Counted from the first letter of the stretch, positions 31,917 through 43,505 are shown. The stretch: DNA of 64,000 nt from Pirellulales bacterium (GCA_963733035.1 CAVTBU010000005.1:1184001-1248000); one strand, 5' to 3'. Made by a program: numbers and translations. The notes: generated from the sequence alone by a model not told the origin.

Positions 31917-32399
31917 GACGATTCTCCTATTGAGACGCACGCCATCCAGGGACTGCTGGCCCGGCAACCCAGGTTTCCGATCATGCCGAACCAATGCGCG
32001 CGCCTAGCCTCGAAGTTAACTCTGCGAAACTTTTGGTCGATCCGCCCTCAGGGCGATTCACGTGACCCGAAAGGTATGCCCGGCAAATTCACGCGGAACA
32101 TACGCTTTCGAGCGGCTTTTTTGATTTCCGCCAGAAATGGTTTAAAGATGAGTGCGGGATAGATATCGGCCCGCGGAAAACGGGTCAAGGCCACTTGATG
32201 GATTTGCGAAGCCGAGAGTCAGCCCGGAAGATGGCGCAGCGCGGTGCGCTCACGAGAGTTGGGCGAGAATTGAGTCCGCGCACGAAAGCTGGCAGCTAGC
32301 AAATACCGAAGCCAGCCCGTTTTGCTGGCAGCCGCTCGTCAGTCAACGGGGGAAATTGACAGGCACGAAGACAATCCGGCGAAGATGTGACAACACGGG

Positions 32400-34013
32400 T
32401 CAATTTCGATTTTGGATTCGCCCTCGTCTAGGTTCGTCTCTCTCGTCCTCTAGAGCGCTGGCGTCCTTCTTCGGAGGCTCGTCGCGGACCAGGGTATCCT
32501 CGTACTGCATATGGTCATCCATCTCGCTACGGACGGTCATATTGCCGTTGGCATCGAGAAGCAAGATCTCACCGGGCTTGGTAATCGGTGGATCTCTGCG
32601 GCGGCCGGACAAATTGTCCCCACCGTAAATGTCCAACACCATGAAGTTCGATTCGAACCCCAGATTCAGCTTAACGACAGCTTTGTCGATGGGATGCCGC
32701 ACCGAAACTTCTCGGGGCGGAGTGTTGGCGACCGAGCCTCGGCGGGCCTCGATCTCGGTCGCCGCCTTGAGACCCGACTTGCGATCGATGGAAGTAATTA
32801 CCACCTTTGCCATCGGCTCGGTGTAACGCGAACCAGCATCAATCGGCCCTGCCAAAACGTCATGACCGTCGGGGATGGTGACCACGGGCGTCGGCTCGGT
32901 CGGTTCGCTGGTGAGTTTGCTTGCGGCGGCGCTCGCCGGATCCTGGAGAAACTGCGGCGAAATGCCTGAATTGGGGTTCTGCAATTCGAGCTTAACCCGA
33001 TAGCGGTATTTCTTGCCGGGCTCCACGCCATAATCAAATGCACGGAGCAGCAAATAGGTCACGCCGGAGTCAGCAACGTCCTCGGCGGGCGCGGCTTTCT
33101 GCTTGTCATCTGGTTTGCCGGCGTCGCGTGGTTGATCGCGCCCGCCGGCCGCGTCCGGTTCTTGAACCGGCGGAACCGGTCGATCCACTTCCTCACCGAC
33201 GAGCGGAATCTTCGGATGCGAAACGGCTTCGCCCCATTGGCCGATCGCCAACGTTTCCAAAGGCGCTGACAGGGATGCGTCCAGATACTTCGCTGGAACG
33301 AGGTCGTCGCGCCGACTCCCCGTGGCCACCGGCCCGGGGTCGGGAACGGGCGACCAGGTCAACTGATCGGGCTTCTGATCGGACTTCGCGGGATCGACTT
33401 CCGCCCGCTCGAGTACGGGTCGCAAGTATTTGGGCACCACGTCGCGATTGCGGTCGAACTCCACGGCCTCGGCATACGCCTGGGCAAAGGCCTGTCGTTC
33501 CTTGTTGATTGGCACGAGCCCGGTGACCACGGCCCAGGGCTGAGCCTTGAGCGCATTGCCGGCGTTCTCCTGGTCTCCTTGCCGCGCACCGTTCCGGTCA
33601 GCGGCTTTGACCTGAATCACGTCCATGCCGGCTGCCACGCGCAATTCCTCGGGTGGCAGAACCTCGGGAATTCCGCGCTTCGCTTTTGGATCGGTGACCG
33701 GCGGATTGAAGGCCCTGGGCAGCGCGTAGGTACCCACCGGAATAATCTTGGGCTTGGCCCGTTCCGCATAGCTGACGACTTTCAACTTCTCTCGATCTGG
33801 ATCCCACTTGGAGTTCCGGACATGCTCGCCGACGGTGGCGGCCAGCTGCTGCATCTTTTCGGGCGCATATTGTTCTTCGAGCGTCTCGCGCTGCATCGCC
33901 GAATAGACGAACAGTAAGAACACCATGCCCACGACACCGAGGGCCACTTTCTCGCCGTGCGCCAGCAGCCAGCCCTTGATGCTGGCCAGGTCGAACTTCA
34001 TTTTCACTTTCAT
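32400..34013 (-). CDS. pilus-alignment-complex accessory protein (PilP position), N-terminal TM
   Basis: In operon between pilM and secretin; HGEK + TM; FDYGVEPGKKYRYRVKL FN3-like segment. Confidence 0.6.
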   Translation of the reverse strand: MKVKMKFDLASIKGWLLAHGEKVALGVVGMVFLLFVYSAMQRETLEEQYAPEKMQQLAATVGEHVRNSKWDPDREKLKVVSYAERAKPKIIPVGTYALPRAFNPPVTDPKAKRGIPEVLPPEELRVAAGMDVIQVKAADRNGARQGDQENAGNALKAQPWAVVTGLVPINKERQAFAQAYAEAVEFDRNRDVVPKYLRPVLERAEVDPAKSDQKPDQLTWSPVPDPGPVATGSRRDDLVPAKYLDASLSAPLETLAIGQWGEAVSHPKIPLVGEEVDRPVPPVQEPDAAGGRDQPRDAGKPDDKQKAAPAEDVADSGVTYLLLRAFDYGVEPGKKYRYRVKLELQNPNSGISPQFLQDPASAAASKLTSEPTEPTPVVTIPDGHDVLAGPIDAGSRYTEPMAKVVITSIDRKSGLKAATEIEARRGSVANTPPREVSVRHPIDKAVVKLNLGFESNFMVLDIYGGDNLSGRRRDPPITKPGEILLLDANGNMTVRSEMDDHMQYEDTLVRDEPPKKDASALEDERDEPRRGRIQNRN

Positions 34014-34058
34014 GACGCGCTGCTTCCGTTACTGGGAACTCGTCGAAGTGGCATGTGT

Positions 34059-35291
34059 TTAGCCCGCCGCTTGGGGAGCCTCTTCGGCGCCCAACTTGGC
34101 TCGATCGGGAGGATTGAACAGGTAGATAATGCCATGAATCTCGACCGTCACGTCGTAAACTTCTCCCGGGGCTGGCGCGGCGCCCGGTCCGCCGCGACCA
34201 CCCGCCTGTCCGCCGCGTCCCGCGTTGTCCTGTGCCTTCGTGCCGCTCTCTCCGCCGGGATTGATGCGCAACTGACGCACTTCGACCGGCAGTGGGTAGT
34301 TCGCACACTCGGTGAGCAGCCGAGTAATTTCTCGCTGGTCCATGATCAGTTTCATGTAGACTGGCAGTCGCTTGAATTGCTGTTCTTGCGACGTGCCGGC
34401 CGCTAACGTCTTTCCTTCGGCATCGACATAGCGGCCCTCGTCCGGCGGCGGTGCTGCGCCGGCCTCACCTCCGCCGACCATCTCGGGCATCGGTCCGCCA
34501 CCGGCATCCGCCGAGCCTTCGGCAGTGGCCAGCCGGGTGATATGACCGGGAGCCATGCCTTTTTCAAATTCTTTGGCGGTATCGGCACCGATCGCCAGCT
34601 CCTCGATGACCTTCACGCGCGGCGTATAGAGGGCGCCCTCGTTTGTTTTGCGCAGGATATTCAGCAGCGCTTGCAGCACCCAGTAGTCTTCCTGCCGCAG
34701 GCGAATCTCGAACGAACTTGGCGTACTGCCGAGCATTCCTTTCTGGAGCATCTTTTTGATGGCATCCTGATTTTCCCAACGGACTTTGTAGTTGGGGTCG
34801 GCTTCGCCTTCCTTGGGCTTTGCCTTTTCATCGGCGTCCGCCGGCGCCGCGCCGACGATCTTCGCTAACTCGGGAAACTCCTTGATCGCTTCGGTCTGGT
34901 AAGCCCTGCGCCACACGTCAGGCATTTCTTCATCAGGCCCGGCGCGCTTGAGCCAGTCACGAAAGTTGGCCGGTAAGACGTCCGGCCACGAAAGTACCTT
35001 CTGCTGGATGTCGTATACGCTTTTCCAGGTGTCGGCGACCTCCTCCTGCTCTTGCTTCGTCAGGGCCGAAATCGCGGTGGTCCACTGGTCGTTGGGAGGA
35101 AATTGATTTTGCTGAATACCGGTCAGCGTCGTGAACTTGCCGGTCACGGTTCCCTTATTCGTCGCATATTGCTCGGAAAGCGAGCCGCGCGCCATGATCC
35201 AGCCAACCAAGCCGGCGATGATCGCCAGCGTGCAGAGGATCCAGAAATGATATTTCTGGGCATAACCCAAATAGACTTTGACCTTGTCCAT
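34059..35291 (-). CDS. PilO-like inner-membrane assembly protein
   Basis: N-terminal TM, coiled coil, C-terminal LPVYMKL..LPVEVRQLRIN..VTVEIHGIIYLF; abuts pilM. Confidence 0.6.
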   Translation of the reverse strand: MDKVKVYLGYAQKYHFWILCTLAIIAGLVGWIMARGSLSEQYATNKGTVTGKFTTLTGIQQNQFPPNDQWTTAISALTKQEQEEVADTWKSVYDIQQKVLSWPDVLPANFRDWLKRAGPDEEMPDVWRRAYQTEAIKEFPELAKIVGAAPADADEKAKPKEGEADPNYKVRWENQDAIKKMLQKGMLGSTPSSFEIRLRQEDYWVLQALLNILRKTNEGALYTPRVKVIEELAIGADTAKEFEKGMAPGHITRLATAEGSADAGGGPMPEMVGGGEAGAAPPPDEGRYVDAEGKTLAAGTSQEQQFKRLPVYMKLIMDQREITRLLTECANYPLPVEVRQLRINPGGESGTKAQDNAGRGGQAGGRGGPGAAPAPGEVYDVTVEIHGIIYLFNPPDRAKLGAEEAPQAAG

Positions 35292-37466
35292 CTATTGAGC
35301 CCCCCCGGTCGCGGCCAGCTCAGCCGGTTGTGCTCCCTGCTCGGCTGCCTTTTCTTTCTCCAACCGCTGCGTGTATGTCGTTGGACTCCAGGCGAATTGC
35401 AACGTGAAATCCCAACGCTTGACGGGAATCGCCACCCCGTCGGCGTCTGTCACGGTCGTGTCGTGCGGGTGGTTCCCCTCGGTGAGGATCACCGGGTAGC
35501 CAATCCCTAGCTCCTTGATCGGCAGTTCCACGGCCTTGCCGTCCGGATCGACGATGGTAACCGTCTTATTGCGAAGATTCTCGACCAACGTTTCACGAAC
35601 ATACATGCCGACGCGGTGAATCAAATCTTCGTTGTGATAGTGGTAACCGCGGAGTTCGATGACCCAGCCCGGACCGGTGGGCCCCGGATCGGGCGTGGCT
35701 TCCGCCGACGGCTGTTGTGCATTGGGATCGGCTGCCAACGCGGGATCGACACCGGCATCCGCGGGTGCGACCCCAGGTTCACCCGGAACCGGGGCGGCCG
35801 CAGCGGCAGGCACGCCGGCTTCGCCAGGCGGAGCCGCGGCATCGGCCCCAGGAGCTGCCTCGGGCATGGGTGGCGGCATCGGAGGCAGCTTCATGGCGTT
35901 CTGCACCGCCTCGATCTTGTCCTTGATCCCCGCGTTGTACCAGGTTGATAGGTCGGTGAACCACTCGCACTCGAGCGTGGTAATGTGAATTTCGTTTCGC
36001 TCGCCGATTTTCTCGGGACGCGCGCCCTCCGGATCGCTGGGCAAGCATTGATCGAGCGCCATGAGCATCTCGGGCCACAGCCAGCGTCCTTCGACATTGC
36101 CAACCAGAGATTCGCCGATGGCATTAATCGAAGAGAATTTTTCCTTTTCAGCCTTGTAGGCAGCGTCTTGCGAGTTGGCCGTATTGGCGGCCTGATCGGC
36201 CTGCGAAATGGCGCTGCTGAAACGATCGGGCTTCACCGAATTCCAGGCCCGCCAATGCCCCAGGAAATTGATCGTGATGCCGAGCAGCAACGCGGCCACC
36301 ATGGCCACGGCCCACGGCTTCTTGTCTCGGATCATCCGGTCGGTCACGATTTCCGGCGGCAGCAGGTTGGTCGAGAGCTTCGACTTCTCCATGCCCTGCA
36401 GCACGAGGCCGTAGCAGACCGCGAAGCTAAGCAGGTTTTCCTTGAACTGCGGAGCGTCGACCACGGCCGGACCAACCAGCCCGCGATAGCTTTGCACTTC
36501 GGTGACGGTGTGCCCCAGGTTTTGTGAGAGGTACTTTTGCAGCCCGGGCAGCCGCATGGCATTTCCCAGGGCAATCACATGGCCGATCTCCGCCTCGCGA
36601 TCGATGCTGGCGAAGTAATTGATGGAGCGTTGAATTTGCGTAAGCAGGTCGTTGAACACCGGGCGCATGGCCTGGAAAACGGCCTTGGGATCCTCGGCCT
36701 GCTGGGCGTTCTTTTTGAGGTGTTCGGCCTTCGCAAACGTAAGCCGAAGTTCCTTTGTGAGAGCTTTGGTAAAATGGCTGCCGCCCAACGGTACGCTGCG
36801 CTGCCACACGCGGTAACCGTTCGTGATCACCAGGTCCGTGGTATCGGTGCCGAGCGACAGCACCACGACCGATTCCGGTGGATTTTCCGGATCAAACTGG
36901 TCGGCCGGCGGTAGATCCTGCATTTGGTCGAAGACGGTGAAGTTATAAATCGTCAGTGGCGTGAGCTGCACGATATCGACTTCGATGCCGGCGTCTTCGA
37001 ACGGCTTGAGTGCCCGCTCCACCTGATCGCGTTTCATTGCGAAGAGGCCGACTTCGGTCTCCAGGGCAAAACCATCCTCTTCGCTGCCGCCGTCCATCTG
37101 CTGGTAATCCCAGACGACGTCTTCGAGCGCGAAGGGAATCTGTTGCCGGGCTTCGTATTTGACAATGTCGGGAATCTTCTTCGATTCGACCGGCGGCAAT
37201 TTGATGAACCGCGCCAAGCCGCTTTGGCCCGAAACCGAGATGGCCACCTTGTCGCCCCGCACGGTGTTGCGCGACAAGAACAGCTCGAGCGCCTCGCGGA
37301 CCAGTTCCGCCGGATCCGCGTCGGGCTGGCTCAGAATCTTGGGATACTCGATGTAATCGAACGCATCCGCGATGATCTGATCGTCTTGTTCACTGGGGCG
37401 ACAGCGCAGCGCCTTCAGCGCGCATTGCCCAATGTCGATCCCCCACACGGCGTTAGATTTCGCCAT
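35292..37466 (-). CDS. pilM: type IV pilus assembly protein PilM with fused PilN-like TM/periplasmic domain
   Basis: WGIDIGQCALK actin-like start, EARQQIPF, NLLPPE motif then TM and periplasmic domain. Confidence 0.88.
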   Translation of the reverse strand: MAKSNAVWGIDIGQCALKALRCRPSEQDDQIIADAFDYIEYPKILSQPDADPAELVREALELFLSRNTVRGDKVAISVSGQSGLARFIKLPPVESKKIPDIVKYEARQQIPFALEDVVWDYQQMDGGSEEDGFALETEVGLFAMKRDQVERALKPFEDAGIEVDIVQLTPLTIYNFTVFDQMQDLPPADQFDPENPPESVVVLSLGTDTTDLVITNGYRVWQRSVPLGGSHFTKALTKELRLTFAKAEHLKKNAQQAEDPKAVFQAMRPVFNDLLTQIQRSINYFASIDREAEIGHVIALGNAMRLPGLQKYLSQNLGHTVTEVQSYRGLVGPAVVDAPQFKENLLSFAVCYGLVLQGMEKSKLSTNLLPPEIVTDRMIRDKKPWAVAMVAALLLGITINFLGHWRAWNSVKPDRFSSAISQADQAANTANSQDAAYKAEKEKFSSINAIGESLVGNVEGRWLWPEMLMALDQCLPSDPEGARPEKIGERNEIHITTLECEWFTDLSTWYNAGIKDKIEAVQNAMKLPPMPPPMPEAAPGADAAAPPGEAGVPAAAAAPVPGEPGVAPADAGVDPALAADPNAQQPSAEATPDPGPTGPGWVIELRGYHYHNEDLIHRVGMYVRETLVENLRNKTVTIVDPDGKAVELPIKELGIGYPVILTEGNHPHDTTVTDADGVAIPVKRWDFTLQFAWSPTTYTQRLEKEKAAEQGAQPAELAATGGAQ

Positions 37467-37792
37467 CGTGCGATCCCTGTTCCACGTCAGTGTTTACGAG
37501 CCGGCAGTTCCCCGATCGTCGGCTCCCAACCCCGCAATTCGAACGAATCAGCCAGAAAGGGTTGCGCAAGGGTTGTTCCGCTCCTCATAAACATTCAATT
37601 TAGACCCGAACGCGAGGGAATGTCAATCAATTGCCGAAGGAATACAAACCGTTATGCGGCAAAGTTTTTGTCTCGGCCTGGCGGCTCGCCAGGTCGACGT
37701 CACACCGCAGGGCCGCTATGGTGGACCGTGTCGCCGACCACCCGCGGTCCGGCCCCCCCTCGCGACCCGTCCCACCCTCTGCACGCCTGGCG

Positions 37793-40526
37793 ATGAAATT
37801 CAGCGAATTGACGGTTCTGCTGCCGTGTCACAGTCTTGAGGATTTTCCGGTCTATCACGAGGGAGCGGCCGCCGACGAGTTGCTCGGAGCTTGGTGTGCA
37901 CCCTGGCATCCGGCCCTGATTGCGGAAGTGGGATCGCTGCCGAATTGGCAACGCATCGACATCCCGCCCGAAGACCTGTCTGGACGACTAATAGTCGTCC
38001 CGCCGTTTTGCCTCGACCGCCTTCCCGCAGGATACGCCGCGCGAGCCGGCAACGAGGGAGCGTGGTTTGTCGCCAGGGAGAAGCCGGACGAGGCGGAAGC
38101 GCAGGCCCTCGCGGGGTTGGATAACCTACCGGCCATCGAGCCCGAAATCGCCGCAGATTTTCGAGCACTCGGTTTTTGCCGGCTGCAGATGGAATTGCTG
38201 ACGCGGCAAATGCGTTATTCGGTAAGCATCGATGAGACGCATTTCCAGAATCAGGCCGTCTCTGCCGCCCGAGCCGCCGTCGCTGGAGACGTGCCGGCTG
38301 CTCGCGAGCACTTGCAGCAATGCTTCGACACGCTTTACGAGCGCGCAAGCACTTCTATCCGGTTGACGTGCATTTGCTCGATGTCACTTTGCTGGCCGAC
38401 ACGACATTGGGCGCTTCACTCCTGGGGGAACTGTCTCGGAATTCGACTTTGAACCTGCTTGCCAGCGGTGGAGTGCTCGACGAGTTGGCCAACCAGCACG
38501 GCGATACCTGGTCGACTCTGCTGAAGGAGATCAACAAAGGAAAGATTTGCGTCCTGGGTGGCGACGATGTCGAAAGCGAATTGCCGCTGCTGCCCCTTGA
38601 AAAATCGCTCGACCACCTGCGCAGGGGCCCTAAAATATGAAGCTCTACTTGGCTCGCCGCCGGTTGTGTACGGTCGCCGTCGCGCGGGACTTTGGCCCGT
38701 ATTGCCGCAACTGCTGGCCAAGCTTGGATATCAAGGCGCGCTGCACTTTACGCTCGACGATGGCAAGTTTCCGCTGGGACCGCAAAGTAAGACGCGCTGG
38801 GAAGGCATCGAATCCAGCGTCATCGATATTCTGGCCCGCGTGCCGGCCGACGCCGCCAGACCAGAAACTTTCTTGGCGTTGTCCAGGCTGCTATCCGATT
38901 CGATGGATTCCGACCACGTGGCCACCGTCGCCTTTGCCCACTGGCCCGCACTAACCAGCCCGTGGTATGGCATTGTGCGTCGAATCGCGGCGCTCAGTCC
39001 CGTGCTTGGCACCTTTCTGCTGTTCGACGATTACTTCATGCACACCGACATGCCGGGGCGGTTGTCGAAGTTCAAGGCCGACGATTACCGTACACCGTAT
39101 TTGAAGCAGTCGATCATTCGCCGGCAAGCCGATCCAATCTCCTCGATCTCGCGAGCGCACCGGAACGAAGCGACGCGATCGGCCCAGGCTGCGGTAACCA
39201 CGATCTGCGAATTGTTGGGGCAGCCCCAGGCCACGATGGCCGAACTTCCCGAGTCGTTGCGGCAGTTGGCCGCGTTATTGCCACGCGAAGACGGAGCGGC
39301 ATCGTCGCGTTGTCTGGCGTTCAATCCGCAACTCGGAACGCGACGCTTGGGAGTGGAACTTGCCGGTTGGGGTCGCGCCGCCCAACTCGGTGGACCCGTC
39401 GTCGCGTCGGGCGTTTCCGACGACCGCGCATTTGCGTTGGTCGACATTCCATCGATGGGCTTTGCCTGGGTCGAACCGGGGCCCGCCGCCGCGCCAAATC
39501 AACGCGAAGTGATGATCGTCGAAGACTTGACGCTCCGCAACGAATTCATCGAGGTGCGTCTCAGTAGCAAGACTGGCGGCATCCAGTCGCTATACAACTA
39601 CAATCAGCGCGGCAATCAACTTTCGCAGCAACTTGCCCTGCGCAGTTGCTGGCAGTGGGCAAGACGCGGAGTACACATCGATGCGTGCCGAGACCGTCGA
39701 TGTAACCGCGAACTGCGCGGCCTTCGGCGAGATCGTCAGTCGCGGCATGCTGGTGGACGCGTCGGAAAAGATTGTTGGCCGGTTTCAGCAACGCATCAGC
39801 CTGTGGGCGGGCAGCCGACTCGTAAACCTGGAAATCGAACTCAGCGAGTTAGAGGAACTCCGGGCCGACCCTTGGAACTCGTACTACGCTGCCCGCTTTG
39901 CCTGGCCCGATGAGCAAGCGGAATTGTATCGCGGCGTCTCCCTGGCAAGACAACAGACGTCGGCCACCCGAATCGAAGCTCCCGAGTTCATCGATATTGA
40001 CAACGGGTTGGGCACCGTCACGCTGCTCACCGGCGGATTGCCATATCATCGGCGCAGCGATGCGCGGATGCTCGACACGTTGTTGGTCGTCCGCGGGGAA
40101 ACGGCCCGAGGCTTTTCGCTGGCCATTGGCGTCGACCTGCCCCATCCGGCGGCGACGGCAATCGAGCACCTGCAACCAAAACTGTTCGACGCACAAACGA
40201 GCCCGCCCGCGAAGAACGCAACGGGCTGGTTCTTCCACGTGGGGGCGAAGAACGTCGTGGCGACGCACTGGGAGCCGATTTGTTCACCGCCGAGCGGAGA
40301 GAAAAATTCCGCCGCGCCAACGATCAAGGGCTTCCGCGTCAGGCTATTGGAAATCGGCGGCACCGCCGGTCGCGTGCCGCTGCGGGCCTTTCGCTCGATC
40401 GAGTATGCCCGCCAGGTCGACTTTGTGGGCGAAACGATCCTCGAACTGTACGTCGACGATGATAAGATAATGCTCGATTTCGGGCCGTTCGAACTGCTCG
40501 AAGTCGAAGCCCTCTGGATTCGTTAA
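37793..40526 (+). CDS. GH38/alpha-mannosidase-like large protein (three frame breaks near 38340, 38628, 39643)
   Basis: Four overlapping ORFs join into one plausible protein; LRNEFIEVRL..TGGIQSL segment typical of GH38 C-terminal domains. Confidence 0.6.
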
Positions 40527-40544
40527 CGCACGCATATCCGATTC

Positions 40545-41198
40545 ATGATCGTCACCATCGACGGACCGGCCGGAGCCGGCAAGAGCACGATTGCCCGGGC
40601 ACTGGCCCAGCGGCTGGGGTTCCGTTTTCTCGATACGGGCGCCATGTACCGGGCGGTCGCCTGGGCCGCGCTCGATCGCGGGCACGACTGGAATCAACCC
40701 GAGCAACTGGTTGAGCTGGCGGCGTCCCTTCGACTGGACGTCGATGAAGACCTGGTCAATGTCGACGGCCGCGAAGTGACACGAGAGATTCGCACGCCGC
40801 GGGTAACCGCCGTCACGCACTACGCGGCCAACAACCCGGGCGTGCGTGCGATTCTCGTTCAGCAGCAGCGTGAGATGGCCGGCGGCGACAATCTCGTCAC
40901 CGAGGGACGCGACCAAGGAACCGTGGTGTTTCCGCACGCCGAGTGCAAAATTTACCTGACTGCCAGCCCCGAGGAACGTGCCCGCCGCCGCGCCCACGAA
41001 TTGGTCGCCCGCGGACAACCGGCGAGCGTCGAGGAAGTGCTCCGCGACCAGAATTTGCGTGATGCCAGCGACGCCAATCGGCCGGTCGGTCCGATGGTGG
41101 CAGCCGGCGACGCCGTCGAGGTCGTCACCGACGGGCTGACTCCGGACGAGGTCCTCGATCGGCTGGAGGCCCTCGTGCGGGAAAAGAAGCCGTCATGA
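40545..41198 (+). CDS. cmk: cytidylate kinase
   Basis: IDGPAGAGKST, DTGAMYR, EGRDQGTVVFP, ASPEERARRR. Confidence 0.97.
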   Translation: MIVTIDGPAGAGKSTIARALAQRLGFRFLDTGAMYRAVAWAALDRGHDWNQPEQLVELAASLRLDVDEDLVNVDGREVTREIRTPRVTAVTHYAANNPGVRAILVQQQREMAGGDNLVTEGRDQGTVVFPHAECKIYLTASPEERARRRAHELVARGQPASVEEVLRDQNLRDASDANRPVGPMVAAGDAVEVVTDGLTPDEVLDRLEALVREKKPS

Positions 41199-41875
41199 CA
41201 CCACCGGTGCAGCGTTCGCTCGGCAATCGTGCCTGGCAGGCGTTTCTCAAGTTCACCTGTCGGCTGGGCGCCGTATGCGCCTTCAACATCCGCTGTCATG
41301 GCCGCGAAAAGGTGCCTCACGCGGGCGGTGGATTGATGCTTTCGAATCACCAGAGCAATCTCGACCCGGTGCTCGTGGGGTTGGCCTCGGATCGGCGGTT
41401 GAACTACGTGGCTCGCAAGTCTTTGTTCAAGTTCGCACCGTTTCGCTGGCTGATCAACTCGCTCGACGCGATCGCAATCGACCGCGAAGGGACGGGTCTG
41501 GAAGGCCTCAAGGAGACGCTAAAGCGGTTGAAGCGAGGCGAAATCGTGCTGCTGTTTCCGGAGGGAACGCGCACGCCCGACGGCGAAGTTCACCCGATCA
41601 AACCGGGGTTTTGCGCCGTTGCCCGTCGCGCCGGCGTGCCGATCTTGCCGGTGGCCATTGATGGTGCTTGGAATGCGTGGCCGCGGCAGCAAAAGTTCCC
41701 CCGTCGGGCAGTCGTTCACGTGCAATTTGGTGATTTGATCGAACCGGCCGAGATTCAACGTCTGAGCGACGACGAATTGACGGTTGAAGTCGAGCGGCGG
41801 ATACGAGAGTGTCATGCCCAAGCGCGCAAACAACGACTGCTTGCCAGCGGCCGTCTGCCGCTGCTGGCGACCTAG
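41195..41875 (+). CDS. plsC: 1-acyl-sn-glycerol-3-phosphate acyltransferase
   Basis: NHQSNLD and FPEGTR motifs; ATGA overlap with cmk. Confidence 0.9.
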   Translation: MTPPVQRSLGNRAWQAFLKFTCRLGAVCAFNIRCHGREKVPHAGGGLMLSNHQSNLDPVLVGLASDRRLNYVARKSLFKFAPFRWLINSLDAIAIDREGTGLEGLKETLKRLKRGEIVLLFPEGTRTPDGEVHPIKPGFCAVARRAGVPILPVAIDGAWNAWPRQQKFPRRAVVHVQFGDLIEPAEIQRLSDDELTVEVERRIRECHAQARKQRLLASGRLPLLAT

Positions 41876-43260
41876 TTGTCGTTCGCCTCGAGTAACCGCA
41901 ATAGCGCATCGTAGACCCGCACCCGATCCGATTCTTCCGAAGCTAGCTGATCTCGCTGGCGGCGCAATGGCGCCAGGTTGCTTTCCGCGGCACAATTTTT
42001 CATGGAATTCAGCAGCTCGTCGTTGCCGTGAAGCAGGTCGACATACGCGATCAACTTCTGACGGTCCACCAGCACGCGATGCCCTAGCAGCTTTTCTTCG
42101 ATGGCGCCCTGCTCGACGAGTGAGCGACACTGCATGGCAAACCCGAACGGATAGGCCTGGCCGTCATCAAATCGAAAACGTGTCACGCGCTCGGACAACA
42201 TCTCGCCACTCGTTTCGACAATCGGCCCCGGCATCTCCAGTTTGTAGACGAAACTCCGTTTCGCAGCCAACAGGTCTCCGCCATAAAGTCCCAGAATGCG
42301 GTATAGCAGTGGCTGAAGCACCAGCCCCAAGCCATCTTCGCTGCCATAGGTTTCCAGGACGACTTGCTTGGCGGCTTCCTCGTAGCGCTGCGATTTTTCG
42401 AAACCGTCAGGCACCGGCATAACACCGAGCCACTGCAAGATTTCATCGATAACCGCTGGACGCACCGGCTGACCGTCACGGCGTTTGAGTTTCTCCTGGA
42501 ACACACCCCGCAAGTAATTTGCTAAAACCTCATCGCCAGTATCGAATATGCTTTTCGAGCCGTCACCCATCGGTATCCCGTGGCGTGCCAGCAGCGGAGC
42601 AAGCGCAGCGTCAAGCTGGTCCCGCCGATCAAGCTGCCCGCGAGCCCCTACGTCAAACAGCACGTCCGTAACGTCAAACGCAATTGGCGTCACGGTGTTG
42701 CGCATCCAACTGACGACTTCGGTCGTGTCGTACGCATCGCCCAAGCCGCGATTGAGAACCTTCTCGGCGATCGGCAGAAGAATGTCGGCTAATTCCCGGC
42801 GTGCCTGATGCATATCGTCGAGCGTCACGATGTCCGTCAGGGTCTCGCGCCAGCGATGCTCAACCACCAGCACAAGATCTTCCCGCTGGTAGTCAAGTTG
42901 CAGCGTGCCGTCGGGCTTTCCCTGCGGGGCGGTTTTGCGAAAGGTCTGCGGCAATTTGTCGGCCGAGCTGAAATCGCCCCAAGCGGCAAAATAGGGGCGG
43001 TCGTCGTCGCGAATCGCCTCGGGCAACGACCGAATTGTGTCGTTCCACTCCTCATGCGGAATGCGCGGGACATAGGTCCGTTTCTCCCAGGCAGATGAAG
43101 TCTGGGCGTCAGGCGGAGTTTCATCGGCCGGCTGATAAACCGCGCGACTGACGCGTCCATCGGGGTGCAGCACGGTTTCGGCTCGGTAGATCTTTGCTTC
43201 ACAGCCGGCAAGTAGCCCTGCCAGGACAAGCGACGCCAGGGAGACGGTGGAGCGGCGCAT
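41872..43260 (-). CDS. hypothetical lipoprotein
   Basis: MRRSTVSLASLVLAGLLAG-C lipobox; GAGG RBS. Confidence 0.75.
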   Translation of the reverse strand: MRRSTVSLASLVLAGLLAGCEAKIYRAETVLHPDGRVSRAVYQPADETPPDAQTSSAWEKRTYVPRIPHEEWNDTIRSLPEAIRDDDRPYFAAWGDFSSADKLPQTFRKTAPQGKPDGTLQLDYQREDLVLVVEHRWRETLTDIVTLDDMHQARRELADILLPIAEKVLNRGLGDAYDTTEVVSWMRNTVTPIAFDVTDVLFDVGARGQLDRRDQLDAALAPLLARHGIPMGDGSKSIFDTGDEVLANYLRGVFQEKLKRRDGQPVRPAVIDEILQWLGVMPVPDGFEKSQRYEEAAKQVVLETYGSEDGLGLVLQPLLYRILGLYGGDLLAAKRSFVYKLEMPGPIVETSGEMLSERVTRFRFDDGQAYPFGFAMQCRSLVEQGAIEEKLLGHRVLVDRQKLIAYVDLLHGNDELLNSMKNCAAESNLAPLRRQRDQLASEESDRVRVYDALLRLLEANDN

Positions 43261-43475
43261 GACTACCTCGCGGCAGGGGACGGCGGTGATATGGCACCTG
43301 GTGGAAGCACGGGCAGCACGTATTTGAAGACCGCGAATCGAACGATCGGACAAATGTCACGCACTACCTATTCTTAGAGTACGTCAAACCGCCTACTATT
43401 CCCGGGTTTTCCGCATCCTCTAGTGAACGTCCTGGTTGGGCCGAAATTTATTGCTGGAAGGGGTTTAGGGAAGGA

Positions 43476-43505
43476 TTGCCAAGCCCGGGCCAGATTCGAT
43501 AGAAT
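43476..43505 (+). promoter_or_regulatory. candidate sigma70 promoter for ffh operon
   Basis: TTGCCA-18 nt-TAGAAT. Confidence 0.45.
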
